Source: Octopus sinensis (Eukaryota). From it: a stretch of DNA of 64,000 bases. Below are positions 36,937 through 51,099 of this stretch, in pieces. Position 1 is the stretch's first letter. Each line of letters opens with the position of its first letter. The stretch spans positions 11,160,001 to 11,224,000 of the forward strand of contig NC_043009.1 in the NCBI RefSeq assembly GCF_006345805.1, in the 5' to 3' direction. The notes under the pieces were generated by a model. It did no database searches. It was not told where the DNA came from and was given only the letters and a program-made list of their open reading frames with translations. The position numbers were made by a program, and so were the translations under genes.

Positions 36937-37147
36937 TAATCCAAACATGAAAGCACAAAAGGACACAACAACGCGAGGACGTGGAACAAATATAGTATTA
37001 TTGGATGCTCAGGAAAGAAAGAAAGAAGGAGGGTTTAACGTTTCGAGCGGAGCTCTTCGTCGGAAACTTAAGAGAAGGAAAGATCCAGAGAAGGGAATAC
37101 AGAGGAAAAAGAATCGCCAACGGTACACACGCGGTCACATTTTGAAT
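36932..37147 (-). mobile_element. PLE terminal-repeat-like element, family H1, flanked by (TA)n on both sides
   Basis: Motif 37033-37067 on minus: GUUU-CCGACGA-A-GAGC(UCC)GCUC-GAA-ACGU-U-AAAC (core U4 is C). Confidence 0.75.
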
Positions 37148-37554
37148 ATATATATAACTATCACGCGATAAGTGCTGTGGCTACCATAGATATTCTAGTT
37201 GGCATTGCTGAAGAACATTAAGCACAACTGAACAGGATTACGAAAACAACCACAATAACAACAAGAACACCGACGACAACTACAACGACGACAACACCAA
37301 GAACGGCTATGAGGAGAACATGAATATCAGCAATAGCAATATTAATTTCAACTCCTTGTATCATAACAATCAAGTCACATCAAAGCAAATTGCTTATAAA
37401 TTTCCAACATTTTCAGGGACCAGAAGCTATGGAACATATTTTGTTTAACATGTTTATATGTTCACTTTCTCTTTTTAATTTAGGGTTAACTCTTACTAGC
37501 CAGATGCTTCGTAGCAAGATTGTAAAGGAAAGCATCTTGTTTTGTTAATCATAT

Positions 37555-37965
37555 TTTAAATCATAAGTTTTTTCAGGTATTTTATAGTACCAGATGTCAT
37601 CCACCATCTGTAGTTTATAAAGTAAGTGGTTATTATCTCTCCCTAAGAACCGAAGTTCAGGCATGCTTTTTTCGAGACACGTTGGTACGTATCCTCTTGC
37701 TCCCATAATAATAGCTATTAAGCTGAAAATGCAACTTGAGTACTGGATTTGCAATCTTCTTATCAACTCTCGATATATATTAAATCTCCTCTTGTATTTT
37801 TCATTTCCACAACAGAGTACATCTTTTCTTATGGTCCCACATAACAATATCTGGCCGGTTGTGTCTAACTTGGTGACATCTTCAATAACTGTTCGTTTGA
37901 CCTTTCAGTCTCAGTATGGTCAACTTCATGTGTTGGTGTTTTCTTCTTTGATATCACGTTCCGGA
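37555..37965 (-). pseudogene. REL endonuclease domain remnant of a non-LTR retrotransposon (R4/Dong-like)
   Basis: RHNRPDIVMWDHKKRC on minus (about 37860-37815), then IAIIMGARGYVP..L. Confidence 0.7.
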
Positions 37966-38067
37966 TGATATCCCGTATGCATGCATGCATGTATATATGT
38001 ATGTATGTATGCATGTATGTATGTATGTATGTATGTATGTATGTATGTATGTATGTATGTATGTATG

Positions 38068-38255
38068 TAGGGAGAGTTTACGAAAAAAAAAAAAGACGAA
38101 GACAGGTGGTGTACAAAACAAACAGATGTATTAGTATAACGCTCAGGAATAGAAAAAAATCTTCACGTTTCGAGCCTACGCTCTTCTACAGAAAGGGACA
38201 CAGAAAAAACAAGGAGAGAAAAGAAGTGTGTATAGTGGCTAACGATCTATCATAT
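38068..38255 (-). mobile_element. PLE terminal-repeat-like element, family H2, inside (TATG)n
   Basis: Motif 38161-38196: CUUU-CUGUAGA-A-GAGC(GUAG)GCUC-GAA-ACGU-G; (TATG)n on both sides. Confidence 0.75.
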
Positions 38256-38586
38256 ATGTATGTATGTATGTTGTATGTATGTATGTTGTATGTATGTATG
38301 TATGTATGTATGTATGCGTGTATGTATGAATATATGAATGTGTGTGTATGTATGTTCCTTGATCTTTGTTTAGTAAGTCTGTTGTAGTCTAGTCTGTATT
38401 TAACAACCTGTTCCTGAGCCGTCTATGTTCATTCTTCTTTTCGTTGATCCTAACTTCGAGAATTTGCTATGTATGTGTGTGTGTGTGTATGTGTGTGTGT
38501 GTATGTGTGAGTGTGCGTGTGTGTGTGTGTGATTGTGTGTATGAGTGAGTGAGTGTGTGTGTGTATACACACGTTCTCTCCCTCTG

Positions 38587-38631
<45 letters not shown>

Positions 38632-39499
38632 TTGTCTCACTGTCTCGCTCCATCCCTTTCTCGCTCACGCTCACACACGCAATAATTTGATCTTATAGAA
38701 ACTTTAAGATAAATATTTTATAAAGATTTGGAGTTGAAGGAAACTCACTTCAACCGACCAGCAATTACACTACTTGATACACTTTTATTCCACCTTAACA
38801 AACTTTAAATTTTGTAGTAAAACCCCACTTTTGAGAAAGAGAGTACCCTACCTAATCAACCACAATACTTGATTGGCACTTGAATTTACTAAATCGGATA
38901 TAGGACAAAAATCGCGTTAAATTTCATGACATTTGAACTTTAAAATAAATCGATAGAAAGAGCGCTGTAAAATGTTTTCTCTCGTCTATCGTTATTTTGC
39001 TACACTGTACCAGCATCGTCTTCAGCATATAAATGGCTAAACTTTTTTTCGCGATCGGCTTATTATATTTTGATATATATAATGGAGTTCACATGCAGTG
39101 AAATTTTTATTAATTTTGAAATTCAAAATTTACTTCATCTATTTCGTTAAGTGCACATCAGCTTATCTTCCATGACATGTAGCATAACAGCATTTTTAAT
39201 CAACCGTCGCTGTGTGTAGCTAGCTACCAGAGGGATTGATAATCTCTCAGCAAATTGAATGGTGTTTTCTCTTTTCACGTATGCGCGATGTCTGCCGTTA
39301 TGTACGTTTAATAAGCTGCCGTTAGTCTTTTTAAATTTCTGTTAATTAAACTTCGACATTTGTTAATAAAAACAACTAATTAACACAAATAAACAGTTGA
39401 TGCAATCACTCAACTTGTTAAAAATCGTAATCAGCGGATTTATATTTTGCATAAATATCACTGTATTAGATACCCTTGAAAAAGACACGTTGCTGTAGG

Positions 39500-42180
39500 T
39501 TCTCATATCAAGGAAAACTACAGCGATCCGCACCGTAACTAGCCACGGCCACCTCAAAATGGACCAAAGCATCTCTTAGAACCTGATATCGAATTTCAAA
39601 TTGGAGACATCAGGGAGAAAAAGATGAATGATTTCGCTAGAAAAGCTAAAGCAAAGAGTGCACCAAGAGGTGATGGCGTCTCGTATAAAATTTACAAATA
39701 TTGCAATCGTCTGCGAAAGAAACTCTTCGTCCTACTCCAACAACTGTGACGCGAAGACACTCTGGTAGAGAACTGGTGTAAGGTAGAAGGCATATACGTG
39801 CCGAAGGAATCCAATGCAGAGACTATAAAACAGTTTAGGCTGATATCCTTATTGAATATGGAAGGCAAGATCTTTATGGGAATTCTCTCGAGGAGAACAG
39901 TGACATATTTACAAAGTAATGGATATGATGATGAATCTGTTCAAAAGACTGGGATCCCTGGATGCATTGAACACTGTTTTTCAATTTGGAAAGCGATCCA
40001 GGATGCCAAAAGAACAAGAGAAGTCTGAACGTGGTATGGCTTGACCTAGCTAATGCATATGGCTCAGTGCCACACGAATTACTGATCAGAGCCATGGACT
40101 ACTTCCACATTCCAAACAAAGTAACCAAATTAATGAGGATATATTATGAAAGTTTTGAGATGAGGTTTACAGCTGGAGATTTTACAACAGATTGGCACCG
40201 ATTGGAGATTGGCATTGCTGTTAGCTACACTATATCTGTCATGTGGTTTATCTTACTCATGGAGATGATTTTGAAAGCCATTGATTTTTCGGAACAAATC
40301 GCCCATGTACAATCGCCTAAGAAAGCCTTCATGGAGGACGTAACACTTCTATCAACAGACAAGCAAATCATGTCCTCTTGAGACTAGACGAGATTATGAG
40401 GAGGTCAAGGATGCGGTTTAGGGCAAAAAGTCGCGTAATCTGACATTTGTTATGTGAGTGAAGAAAGAAGTCAAGTTTCGAATAGCTGAAGAAAGCACTC
40501 CAATTGTCAAAGAAAAACCAGACAAAAGCTTGGAACATTGTTAGATAGGAGTCGCAGAATGGAAATTATGAAACAGACCAAGGTTGGATTATCAGCAATT
40601 GATAACTCAAAGTTACCAGGTAAATATGACATTTGATGCTTACAGTTCGGCTTGCATCTGTGACATTCGTGGCCACTTTTAATATATGAGGTAGCTGTGT
40701 CACGAATTCAAATCATTGAACAAAATTGTGGTCATTAGAAAGTGGCTAGACCTACCTCGGATATTGAACAGTTCAGGTCTTTAACGTAAAAGAGGTTCGT
40801 TGCAGTTACCACTGGCGTCAAAAGTCGGAATATATAAACTTGAGAAGCTACGAACGGTAATGATGCTGAGAGAGTCAAAGGACATGGAAATCAGGCGTAA
40901 TCTACCAGATGTGAAAACAGCCAGGAAGTGGAAAGCAGATGCAGAGACTGATGACATCCTCTTTTCCCTTACGCACCGAGATATGGTGAGTACAAAGCAA
41001 ATTCATCGGATGGAACTTGGTTTTGGCGCAGATCGGTTCAGACCATTTGCAAGTATGATGCGGCGCGAACTCAGATCTGTTAGCAACAGCGTCAAAACGA
41101 GGTTAGCAGAGAGACGAGAACTTCATTTGATCCAATGCATTCACCAAGGACAGATAACAAGATGGGAGGAACATGTTGAGAGGAAAATAAGTTGGGATAA
41201 GATAGGGAGGTGGACCACATCTCGGTTAAGATTTCTGATTCGTTCATCCTATGATAATTTGCCATCACCTGCAAATCTAGTAAGATGGAACATCTCAAAG
41301 AATGATATATGTAAATGCGGAAACGTCGGAACACTGAAACATATTCTTTCCAACTGTTCACTAGCATTGAACAGGTATGCATGGCGACACATCCTTGTCC
41401 TTAAGATTATCTTCAAAGCTATAAAAAACAAAATTGATCTCAACAACAGTGAAAAAAAAGCCGTTCTAAGTACCAAGTAGACTTTACATTACATTCGTGG
41501 TCTCAGAACAGCGGATCTGTTTCAAGAAGAAGAACAATAAACTTACTGTGAGCGACAAAAAGAGGAACGGCTATTGGGAGGTGACAGTAGATTTACCAGG
41601 GTGCCAGAGACTCTTTCCCACCCCAGTTACGAAGAAACCAGACATTTTAATCTTGTGAATCTAGTCGATTTAACGGTTCCTAATGAAGATAACATGGACG
41701 CCTCTCAGGTTCGAAAGATTGACGGTTATGTAAACCTCGTCGATGAATGTGAAGACATAGGCTGGAAACCGGAGCATTTTACAATCGAAGTCGGACGTAG
41801 AGGGTTTGTTGGACACAGTCTGAGACGACTGTCGTTAAGCCTAACTCATCGTAAAGTGAATACCACTATGACCGATATCCAAACTATAATGGAAGAGGCT
41901 ACCCACTGGATTCGGTTAAAAAGAGACGATGACTGATAGCTTTATTTGATAACAAGTTGATCTAGTAAGCGGGACCTGATATCAGTGCGCATTGATGCCG
42001 TCGAGAGGTTGGCCCCGAAACGATGCGCATTCTCTCCTGATGACTCCATACATTTGTTGGCTTTCGGTACGCGGAGTTCTCGACTGGTAGCACTTGGATG
42101 TACAAGTTGTTTGCAAAACAACATGGAAATCATAATATTGATCATAAGTTTTTTCAGTTAAAGATGATCTAGGATTAAAC
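39500..42180 (+). mobile_element. Hero-like (REL-type) non-LTR retrotransposon, 5'-truncated, frameshifted
   Basis: KAKAKSAPRGDGVSYKIYKYC; FRLISLLNMEGKIF; VWLDLANAYGSVPHELL; FMEDVTLL; RFLIRSSYDNLPSPANLVRW...CKCG...TLKHILSNC...RYAWRH; DLTVPNED...GW...IEVGRRGF. Confidence 0.9.
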
Positions 42181-42243
42181 ACTAACAACGATGAAGACGA
42201 AGAACATTTAGGACGATATTAGAAGGTCCATGTGGTAAATTAA

Positions 42244-42460
42244 TATTGGTTCCAAATTTTGGCACAAGGCCAGCAATTTCGGGGGTGGGGTTAGTCAATT
42301 AAATTGACACTAGTGCTCAGCTGGTGCTCATTTTATCGAGTCCGAAAAGATGAACGGTAAAGTCGACTCCGGCGGCATTTGAACTCAGAACATAAAGATG
42401 TATGAAATACCGCTAGATATTTTTCCGGGTATACTAACGGTTGTGCCAGCTCACCGCCTT
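42244..42460 (-). mobile_element. SINE family B, diverged
   Basis: Head aaggcggtgagctggcacaaccgttag on minus; alternative tail. Confidence 0.8.
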
Positions 42461-42898
42461 TCCTATGTTAAATAAATATTGTAAAGCATTTTAGAAGAAA
42501 ATTGTTCTGTGTCACGAAGAGTATTAGTCTCAGTTTTTATGTTAAATTTATATTAAAAAATATCACAAAATAATCATCTGTGGCTAAGGATCTCAGAATC
42601 CCACAATAACTGGATTCGTTCTTTATCATTGTTAAACTTTTGGCAACTACTTTTCGGAATCTTATCCTTGATCTAAGCAAATATAAAAGGTAGATATATG
42701 AATTTACATAATAGTTTGGTTATAATCCAGCAACAACGGAAGGAATTTAGATGAAGGTTTTTTGTCTCTTTGATTGTGGAGTGACTTGTTCCTTGGTGTG
42801 ATTCCGACTGTTATGGATGAGAAAGAATCCAGTGGTTATGGCTTTCTCTAATTTACATGAATAATGCCTATTGGCATGTACTAACTGAACATCAATGG

Positions 42899-42900
42899 TT

Positions 42901-42939
<39 letters not shown>

Positions 42940-42964
42940 AACTTCTACTACTACTACTACCACA

Positions 42965-42996
<32 letters not shown>

Positions 42997-43069
42997 CACG
43001 ACTACCACGAACACCACCACCACCACCACAACCACCACTGCTACTACTACTACCACTCTGATACCCCCC

Positions 43070-43122
<53 letters not shown>

Positions 43123-43135
43123 CACTACCAGTGCT
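42899..43135. repeat. (CTA)n/(CCA)n microsatellite
   Basis: Read directly. Confidence 0.95.
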
Positions 43136-43199
43136 GCTGCCTCTGATGCTGTTGCTACTGTTACTGTTTGTTTATCCCAATATATTGCTTGACAATTCC

Positions 43200-44000
43200 A
43201 CTACTCGAACAGCCTCATTGACTCCCTATATGAATTCCATTGCTTTTATCAGTAAAATAAAATTCCTCACGGCAAGGTTGGAATTAATAAAGTAAAGAAC
43301 TGCATCTAAAGAATATAAAGCTGTCTGACTCACAAAGATTTTTTGGCATTCCTATAATGTCTTACTGTCACTTTAAACTTATTCTTTCAGTGCATAGAAT
43401 TGGGGAAATTCCAAAATCTATCCGTGAGTTACAAAGTCGAAGAACGCAATTTTTGAATCTATCAATCCAGTGCAAAAGAATTTCTTTTTCCTTCTCTTCT
43501 GTTTTTAAGCTCCTTCTATTGTCAGGTCTTTAGAAATATTTAAAGCTGTAATCGTTAAAAGCAAGTAGCTCGTTTCCTGACTGTGGATATGACAAATTGT
43601 ATCCCTTATAATAGAAATGTATGCCTTACGTAATATACAAATCATTAGATACAATGGAATGTTCAAAGAAAATTTGTTATAATCAATACTTTTAGTGGAA
43701 ACATGGTTATTCTACGTATACATGAAAGAGATTGTAAGATTATATAGTCTTATATATCTTTGCAAACCTCACTGACTAAAACTGTTTTGGTTTCATTATT
43801 TTTACCAAAATAGTTTACACTTTATATAAGATAGAAAAATATTATTTCAACGTTTCATTTGTGATAGATTTTCACCGATTTTTATTTGCAAAGCCCACTG
43901 TGATTTCTAAGATAATTATACAGTTTCTGTATCTACGATATAAAACGTTTTTGATATTCAAGAACATTACAGTTATCTTAGCTATAAATAGCTGACTTAG
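43200..44000 (-). pseudogene. Very decayed Jockey/CR1-like RT remnant
   Basis: Weak motifs in expected order on minus: ALNISKDLT (cf. LDISKAFD), LLHWIDRF, IIGMPK (cf. GVPQG). Confidence 0.35.
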
Positions 44001-44315
44001 CTGCAATTTCTGAGAGATCCCAATCAGTATAGAAATTCTCTAGATTCACATTGATGAGATTATTTTCCACGGAAAGTTTTACTGTTTGATCTCAGTTTAA
44101 ATTCGTTGGAATTTCACGTGTGATATTTCCTTGTAGGTCTTCAGGAGTTGATTTATGTCGTGTAACATCACTTATACGGTTTCGTATTTTTGTTTTTTAC
44201 TCTGTCATATATTTCTTGAGATCTGATAGTCTTTTATCACAATAAACTGTAAAATGTTCAGGTACATACAGTTGATCATAATCTCTGTCTGTGTTAATAT
44301 CTACCTATATGTTAA

Positions 44316-44714
44316 GACGGCGAGCTGGCAGAACTGTTAGCACGCCGGGCGAAATGTTTAGCAGTATTTCGTCTGTCGCTACGTTCCGAGTTCAAATTCC
44401 GCCGATTTCGACTTTGCCTTTCATCCTTTCGGGATCGATAAATTAAGTACCAGTTACGCACTGGCGTCAATGTAATCGGCTTAATCCGTTTGTCTGTCCT
44501 TGTTTGTCCTCTCTGTGTATAGCCCCTTGTGGGTAGTAAAGAAATAGGTATTCCATCTGTCTTTACATTCTGAATTCAAATTCCGCCGAGGTCGACTTAG
44601 TCTTTCAACCTTTGGGTCAACCTTTCGGGGTACCAGGTGAGTACTGGGGTCCATCTAATCGACTGGCCTCCCTCACCAAAAATTTTGGGCCTTGTGCCTA
44701 GAATAGAAAAGAAT
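44316..44714 (+). mobile_element. SINE family B partial dimer
   Basis: Full monomer, then restart at ggtattccatctgtctttac, then the alternative tail. Confidence 0.9.
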
Positions 44715-44732
44715 ATCTGACTATTTTCACCC

Positions 44733-45025
44733 TGAGGGCGCATGGCTTAATGTTTTGGGTGTTGTACTCACGATTGCAAGATCACAATTTCAATTCCCAG
44801 ACCGGGTGGTGTGTTGTGTTGTTGAGCAAAGCACTTTATCTTACGTTACTCTGCATTCACTTGGACACCTGATGCGTGGTTTACTATGCACATGTTCAGA
44901 CGACGTCGATTTTGGTGGAGAGAGTGAGCTACTGTGTGGGACGAACGTTTGATCAATATAAGCAAATCAGTTGTGTAGGTTATTCAGAAAAAGCTGAACG
45001 CTCATACGTCGTTTTCGACGGAAGA
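44733..45025 (+). mobile_element. Diverged tRNA-derived SINE (family C-related)
   Basis: gagggcgcatggcttaatg head, tttcaattccc B-box-like, ttgagcaaagcactttatc CORE-like block. Confidence 0.65.
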
Positions 45026-45124
45026 GTTTATGATATTTATTATATAGAAATATGTATATCGATGTACAATGACATGAAAACGTAGGAAGAAATAAATATA
45101 TTTTAGTATTGTGTTTAAATGTAA

Positions 45125-45330
45125 GACGGCAAACTCGCAGAAACGTTAGAATCGTTAGCACACCGGGCAAAATGCTTAGCGGCATTTCGTCAGACTTTAA
45201 CTTCTGAGATCAAAACCCGCCGAGGCCGACTTTGCCTTTCATCCTTTCGTGGGTCGGTTAAAAGTATCAATTGAACACTGATGTCGATTTCATCGACTTT
45301 GGCCCTCTTTCAAATCTGTTCCAAAATTTT
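45125..45330 (+). mobile_element. SINE family B, diverged
   Basis: gacggcaaactcgcagaa...cgttagcacaccgggc...gccgactttgcctttcatcc. Confidence 0.8.
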
Positions 45331-45488
45331 CAATGAGCATTATGTTAATATATAGCATATCTTTAACTGAATATATTTTTCATACTTTGTATGTACATAT
45401 ACACTTAAACGCGCATATATATATATATATATATATATGTATGTTTGTATGTGTGTATGTATATATTTATATATATATATATATATAT

Positions 45489-45545
<57 letters not shown>

Positions 45546-48500
45546 GATCTCTCTCTCTCTCTCTTTTACGATATATATACATATATGTACACCTACACAT
45601 ACATATACATATCTATGTACTATATATGTTTGCATGCATGTATGTCTAAACAGAGTGGGAAAGAGACACGGAATTTAGAAACACGGAAGCGAATGAATCA
45701 CGTGGTCTTCGTAAATGCATTTTACAGCAACAGGATTTCTCAGGAGATTTCGATAATGACTATATCAGTACAATTGCAGCAGCACTGTATAACTGTTTGT
45801 GTCTACTCTTGTCACTTGAATTTTGTCGTTTCTTTTCATTGCCTTTTCAAAATAAACGTCAATGAATTTGAATAAATAGTTTGCTTTCACCTGACTAGGT
45901 AATACACAACTTTTTATGTCGATTTTTTTCATTGCCTTCTACCTGGAGGCAAGGATAGCTGTTTCTTTTATCTCCTTAATCATTTGATGCTTCTTGTTCT
46001 TTTTTTCCTTTTTACTATTGAGTTATATTTGACTTCTTCCAGAATCAACACTGAACACGAACTGAATTTGCACCCAGCTTGTTTCGATGTTGTAACTAGG
46101 TTATATCATGTTTGCACGGAGCATCTGCTAATGTAAACAATAGTGCCATACTAACGAGGATAATTCAATGAATACAGCAGCACAACAATTTAAATTACGC
46201 TATTTTCATGAATTTTTTTTTATGATGCAAAAACTACTTCGTATGTCTAAATCTGTTTTAGAACATTTTGCTGATCTCAATTTACTAAGCATTTGGCTGT
46301 GTCAATTTGCAACCTGCCATATAACTAGATTGTCGAGCTTTAAGATAACCACATTTTTGAATAAGGATGGAATTATTTTGGAAACCAATACATAATATAT
46401 AACTTAAACAAGATGAAGTTTTGCGCATAAATTGTACCAATTATTTTATTGACACTATCATCTGCATGTAGTTATCGTGCAATTAATGCAGTTCGATTTG
46501 TCCTCAGGACAATCAAATTAGAGATCTGCTACGGCCCAATTACGCGCTTATGCAACTAAATTTTGCAATTAACGCAGAATAATTTGACTTTTAATACGAC
46601 ATGATTATGCGTTTTAATACATCTTTATATCAAACAAATTACTGTCCACAAAAACAATTTCTACAAAATATTTTGTTTATTCTGTTCAATTAACATTGTT
46701 TTCATATCCCCAAAATAACTGAACGTTAAATAGAAAACAACAATGTGAATCAATAAAAATTTCAATACAACGAGTAAATATATAGCTCAAGGTTATTTTC
46801 AAGACATATGAAGAAGCAACGTCTATTAAAAAAATATATTATAAAATTGTTATGTTATATTTTTAAAAGAGACATGCCAATTAACGGCTAATTCTAAAAT
46901 GGTGTGTGTTGATCGAAATAGAAGGGAAAATAATAATACGCGGCCAAAGCATGTAAAATAGTAATACAAACAAAAAGGAAAAAAGATATTGTTGCGAAAC
47001 GGTTTTCATCGAAAGAAAAACAAATGTTTAAATTGTATTTTAGTGAAATAAAAGTACAATTGACGCATGTTGTAAGAAAAAAAGCTACCAATCACTGTTT
47101 CGTTCTTCGTTGTTATTCATATAAAAACTTCAAGAATTTGTGATGTATATTTACACTCTTTATTTCCAATAACAAAGAAGATACTCTCATATAAGTGAAT
47201 TATAAAACTACTACGTTTATATACACGCAACTATATCTTTTGACTACATGCATACAAATATTGAAATTGGTGACGTGTGGAAATGTTTAAGCTCCTTCAT
47301 GGAAACATAATTATATTCTTCAGCACAAATCCCAAAAGTCCCTGTAGTTATCATTCAAGAACAACTCTTACTAAATGATGAAATGAAATACATCTAAGCC
47401 CCAAATGATATTTCATATGATTGAAGCTCTGTGTAATAAGAATTAGCAAAATATTTAGTATGAGAGAGCTGGATAGCAGTACTTGATGAAAATCTCGAAA
47501 TGATACATTGACAAAGAAAAACGAAAAGAAATTTATCTGATGTTTGTGTCGTATAAGCTTATACCTGACAAAAGCATGGAGGTAACGGAATGAATTGGAC
47601 TTAAAGCTCTTATAAAACTAAAGCTACTGGAATTCAAAGAAACTATTCATTATGAGCTAAATTAATCCTTCTTTAATTACCTTTCTCTTTTCAGATAAGT
47701 AGAACGGACAGCAAGGGAAATCAATCAATCATCTATAGTATTCCTTTTAAACTGAAAGCCATTAACTTAGTTAAAAGAACTTGTTGAATTATACCTTGTA
47801 TTGAAAAAGCTAAAACTAAAGATGAGTTGTTCAAATCTACTAGAAAAGCTCTAATTACGTCGGTGTTTCATATTATCTTCATGTAAAGCACAAAATGTCA
47901 GTTAAGCGTATAAAAGTCTCTGTACTCAGACACGAATTATTGTTGATTATTTTACATATCTATCTAAATATAGGAAAATTTATAATCACTAGATGTTATA
48001 TACGAAATTATGTGCTCATATATTTCCATACACACATAGAAATGTTTATTTCTGAAGTAATATTATCTTAATTAAATATATTTATAGAAATAAAAATTAT
48101 TATATAAAATACTATAGGGTATTTTAGGTAAGTTAGACAGTTATCCTCATTAAATTGTGATCACACAACAATATAAAAAAAAACTCACCTCAAACATAAT
48201 AAGACACGGTATCATCAACAGATATTTTTAGACAATGCATTTGACTTGTATAATGTTCAGCGCCATTGTTGCTTATATGAACTATTTTAACGAGTTAAAA
48301 TGTATTCGAATTTTATTATAATTTACTATATTAAATACACATCAAGCTACATATACTTAAGATATGAATCTTCGAATTGCAGGCAAAAATAATCAGCTTC
48401 AAGGATAAAAGAATCTCTAGTTGAACAAGTAATTTTCATCTTAGTCTGAGCCGCCTCCAGGTGAACTATAGTTGAAGTTATGTGAGATGAAGATAACATT

Positions 48501-51099
48501 TGAGGTTGCAGTTATAATAAATGCGCGGAAAGAAACGTAGCAAATGATTAGTTCTAGTAATTAGGACGAAATAGTGTGTGATTAGAAGTAAACACTGTTG
48601 TGTTCAAATGAGTTGGATTAATGGTCAGTTAGGCAAAGCGAGAATGGAAACTCTACACACATTGCAATTTCGACATATATATATACTGACTCGAAAACAC
48701 TCATGCATACACCAAGTGTATTCATTTGTGAGAATGATGATAGCTTTTTTAAAAAAAAATATATATGACTGTTTTCTCCTTTTAGTTTTTATTTTCAATT
48801 GTGATTCAATTTACTTCATCAATGTAGGCAATATTAACATTGCTGTTGGCGTAGAATTTTGCGTGTATGAAGCAATCCAAACACAAATATATAAAGTGAC
48901 ACACACACTCTCACACACACACACACACACTCTCTCTCTCTCACACACACACACACACTCTCTCTCTCTCTCTCACAGACACACACACACATGTATAGGG
49001 ATGTGTTTTTAATTTTCATTCTCCATCTGTATGTCTATCTGTCTCTCTTTGTCTCTCTCTCTCTCTCGCTTTCTCTGTCTTTCTGTCAGTCTGTCACTGT
49101 CTGTCTCTGTCTGTAAATACACACACAGACGCGCACACACAGACGCACACACACACAAAGCAATTGTATATAATTACATACATAATACTTACATAAAGCT
49201 CACATGCGTACATATATATACGTACATACATACATACATACATACACACATACATACATACACACATACATACATACATACAAGTGGATGACATGTTTTG
49301 TGCGTAATATAAAAATAACGTCATAGAAAGCAGATGAAATTTAAACACATCGGCACTCACACGCACTCACTACTCCCCCCCCCACATGCACTCTCACATA
49401 TAAAAACGTTTCTACTTATATTTTCGAAAAAAGAGTTGGTTATTGTCTTCACTATTACTCGGAGTTTTAGACAGGCAAAATATATTTCCACTTAGCACTT
49501 TATATCTCTATTTTTAATGGCCAATACTTGTCACGGGATTAAATGATGTGTTAAACGAGGGTGTTATTAATTATTATAATCTAAGGAAATAATTCTAACC
49601 ATTCCTGGCTTGTAGTTATCAGGAGCTATTACTCTACAGTGTCATCTCATAGTTAAGAATTTGACTAGTTTAACCGTGAAGTTATCCGGAAGAAAAAACA
49701 TGTCCTGGTACAGATATGGATAATCCGTCTTGCCTCAGATTAAGTTATATAACTGAATGCTCTTGATATCTGAGATATTTTCTTTAGACAAACCTTACAG
49801 TTTCATAATCCGATGGAGTATCACAAGACTGGGCGATGACACTCCAAGATATTGGAGCCATTTCGATCCTCAGTTGCTTCCTGAACTCCGAGGCGAATCG
49901 GAACGATGTTTTTCTTATTACTCATCTAAATGTTGGAAATATTGGTACAGAAGGGTGGTTGTGCTGGGTATACAACTGCACGGAAGAAGCAGATACTTCA
50001 CTCTGCTAGTAGATGACTTTCAGAGGTTTAGAAGTTTACTGTTGTGGATATAACTTTATTCTCTGCATATCTTCTGACTGATTACTCGTATTATTTACTG
50101 GTAAACAACTCTACGTAACAATGAAAAGAATGAACAACTATTTCCTAAAATATGAAGGAATATGTATATGCGTGCATCTGTTTCTATGCTAATTTTAGCG
50201 CTTTCATTTTGCATAGCACAAGGGTTCAGAATTGAAACATCACACCGAAAGTCATTCGATATGATATTCGATATTCCATTAAGAAAGAAAGAAAAAACAC
50301 AAAAAAACCCCCACAAAAATTAATCGCTCTCGTGAATTACTTATTTGAAAAGTTCTGTGTCTATCAACGTTTCATTGCATTATCGCAACATTGCGTCTGA
50401 AATGAAATATACTTCACGAGGAACCAAAAGGAAAACCTGATTTCAATATTGATTTCCTTTTTGTCAAAGAAGTATTAATACCGCATAATTCATAACGTTT
50501 AGTGTTTCAATTCGGGGTTTATAATTGAAAAATATATTAAGATGAAATTAATCGACTCTTTTGAATCCCATATGAATATTTGAGTGCAAAAGCGCAAGTT
50601 GCACGAAATATTTATCATTTATAATTTGTCTTGTACTTAATAAAAGGTTTATCATATTTACTTATTAATGTTGGTACGCAGAAAAACGGAATGTTTGAAT
50701 CTACTTCTATAAATTACTGAAAGAAAAAATGGTGAATATATCTCTAATGCCATATATGGAAATGAGTCTAATTTGTTAAAGAACTCCGTGATGACGTTGA
50801 AGAACTGAAAAAATTCTTTATCAATGCAAAGGCAGATTCCATCTAAACAAGCACACAATTTAAAACAGGGAGATAATTTCGAGTTCCCTTTCTATGAAGG
50901 TTCAAGTTATTAGTTGCCTACTGGTTTTGCAACCGGAAAACATGGGGCATTCCGTTTAATAATATATATATAAGAAACAAGTTATACATTGTTAAATATA
51001 CAGTAATTATATAATAATAAAAGTAGCATATTTCAGATATTTCAGAAACTGTCACACTTCATATTGAGCTCTGGTGCACCCAAGTGCACTTGTATGGAT

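Noticed and set aside
45900-46400. Another RT remnant on the minus strand (DQQNVLKQI; KQAGCKFSS)
   Set aside because: Motifs too weak to separate from chance without an HMM search.
49757-50053. 98-aa ORF, and an AG...GTAAGG exon-like segment on the minus strand
   Set aside because: No recognisable domain; the minus-strand segment has stops in all three frames.
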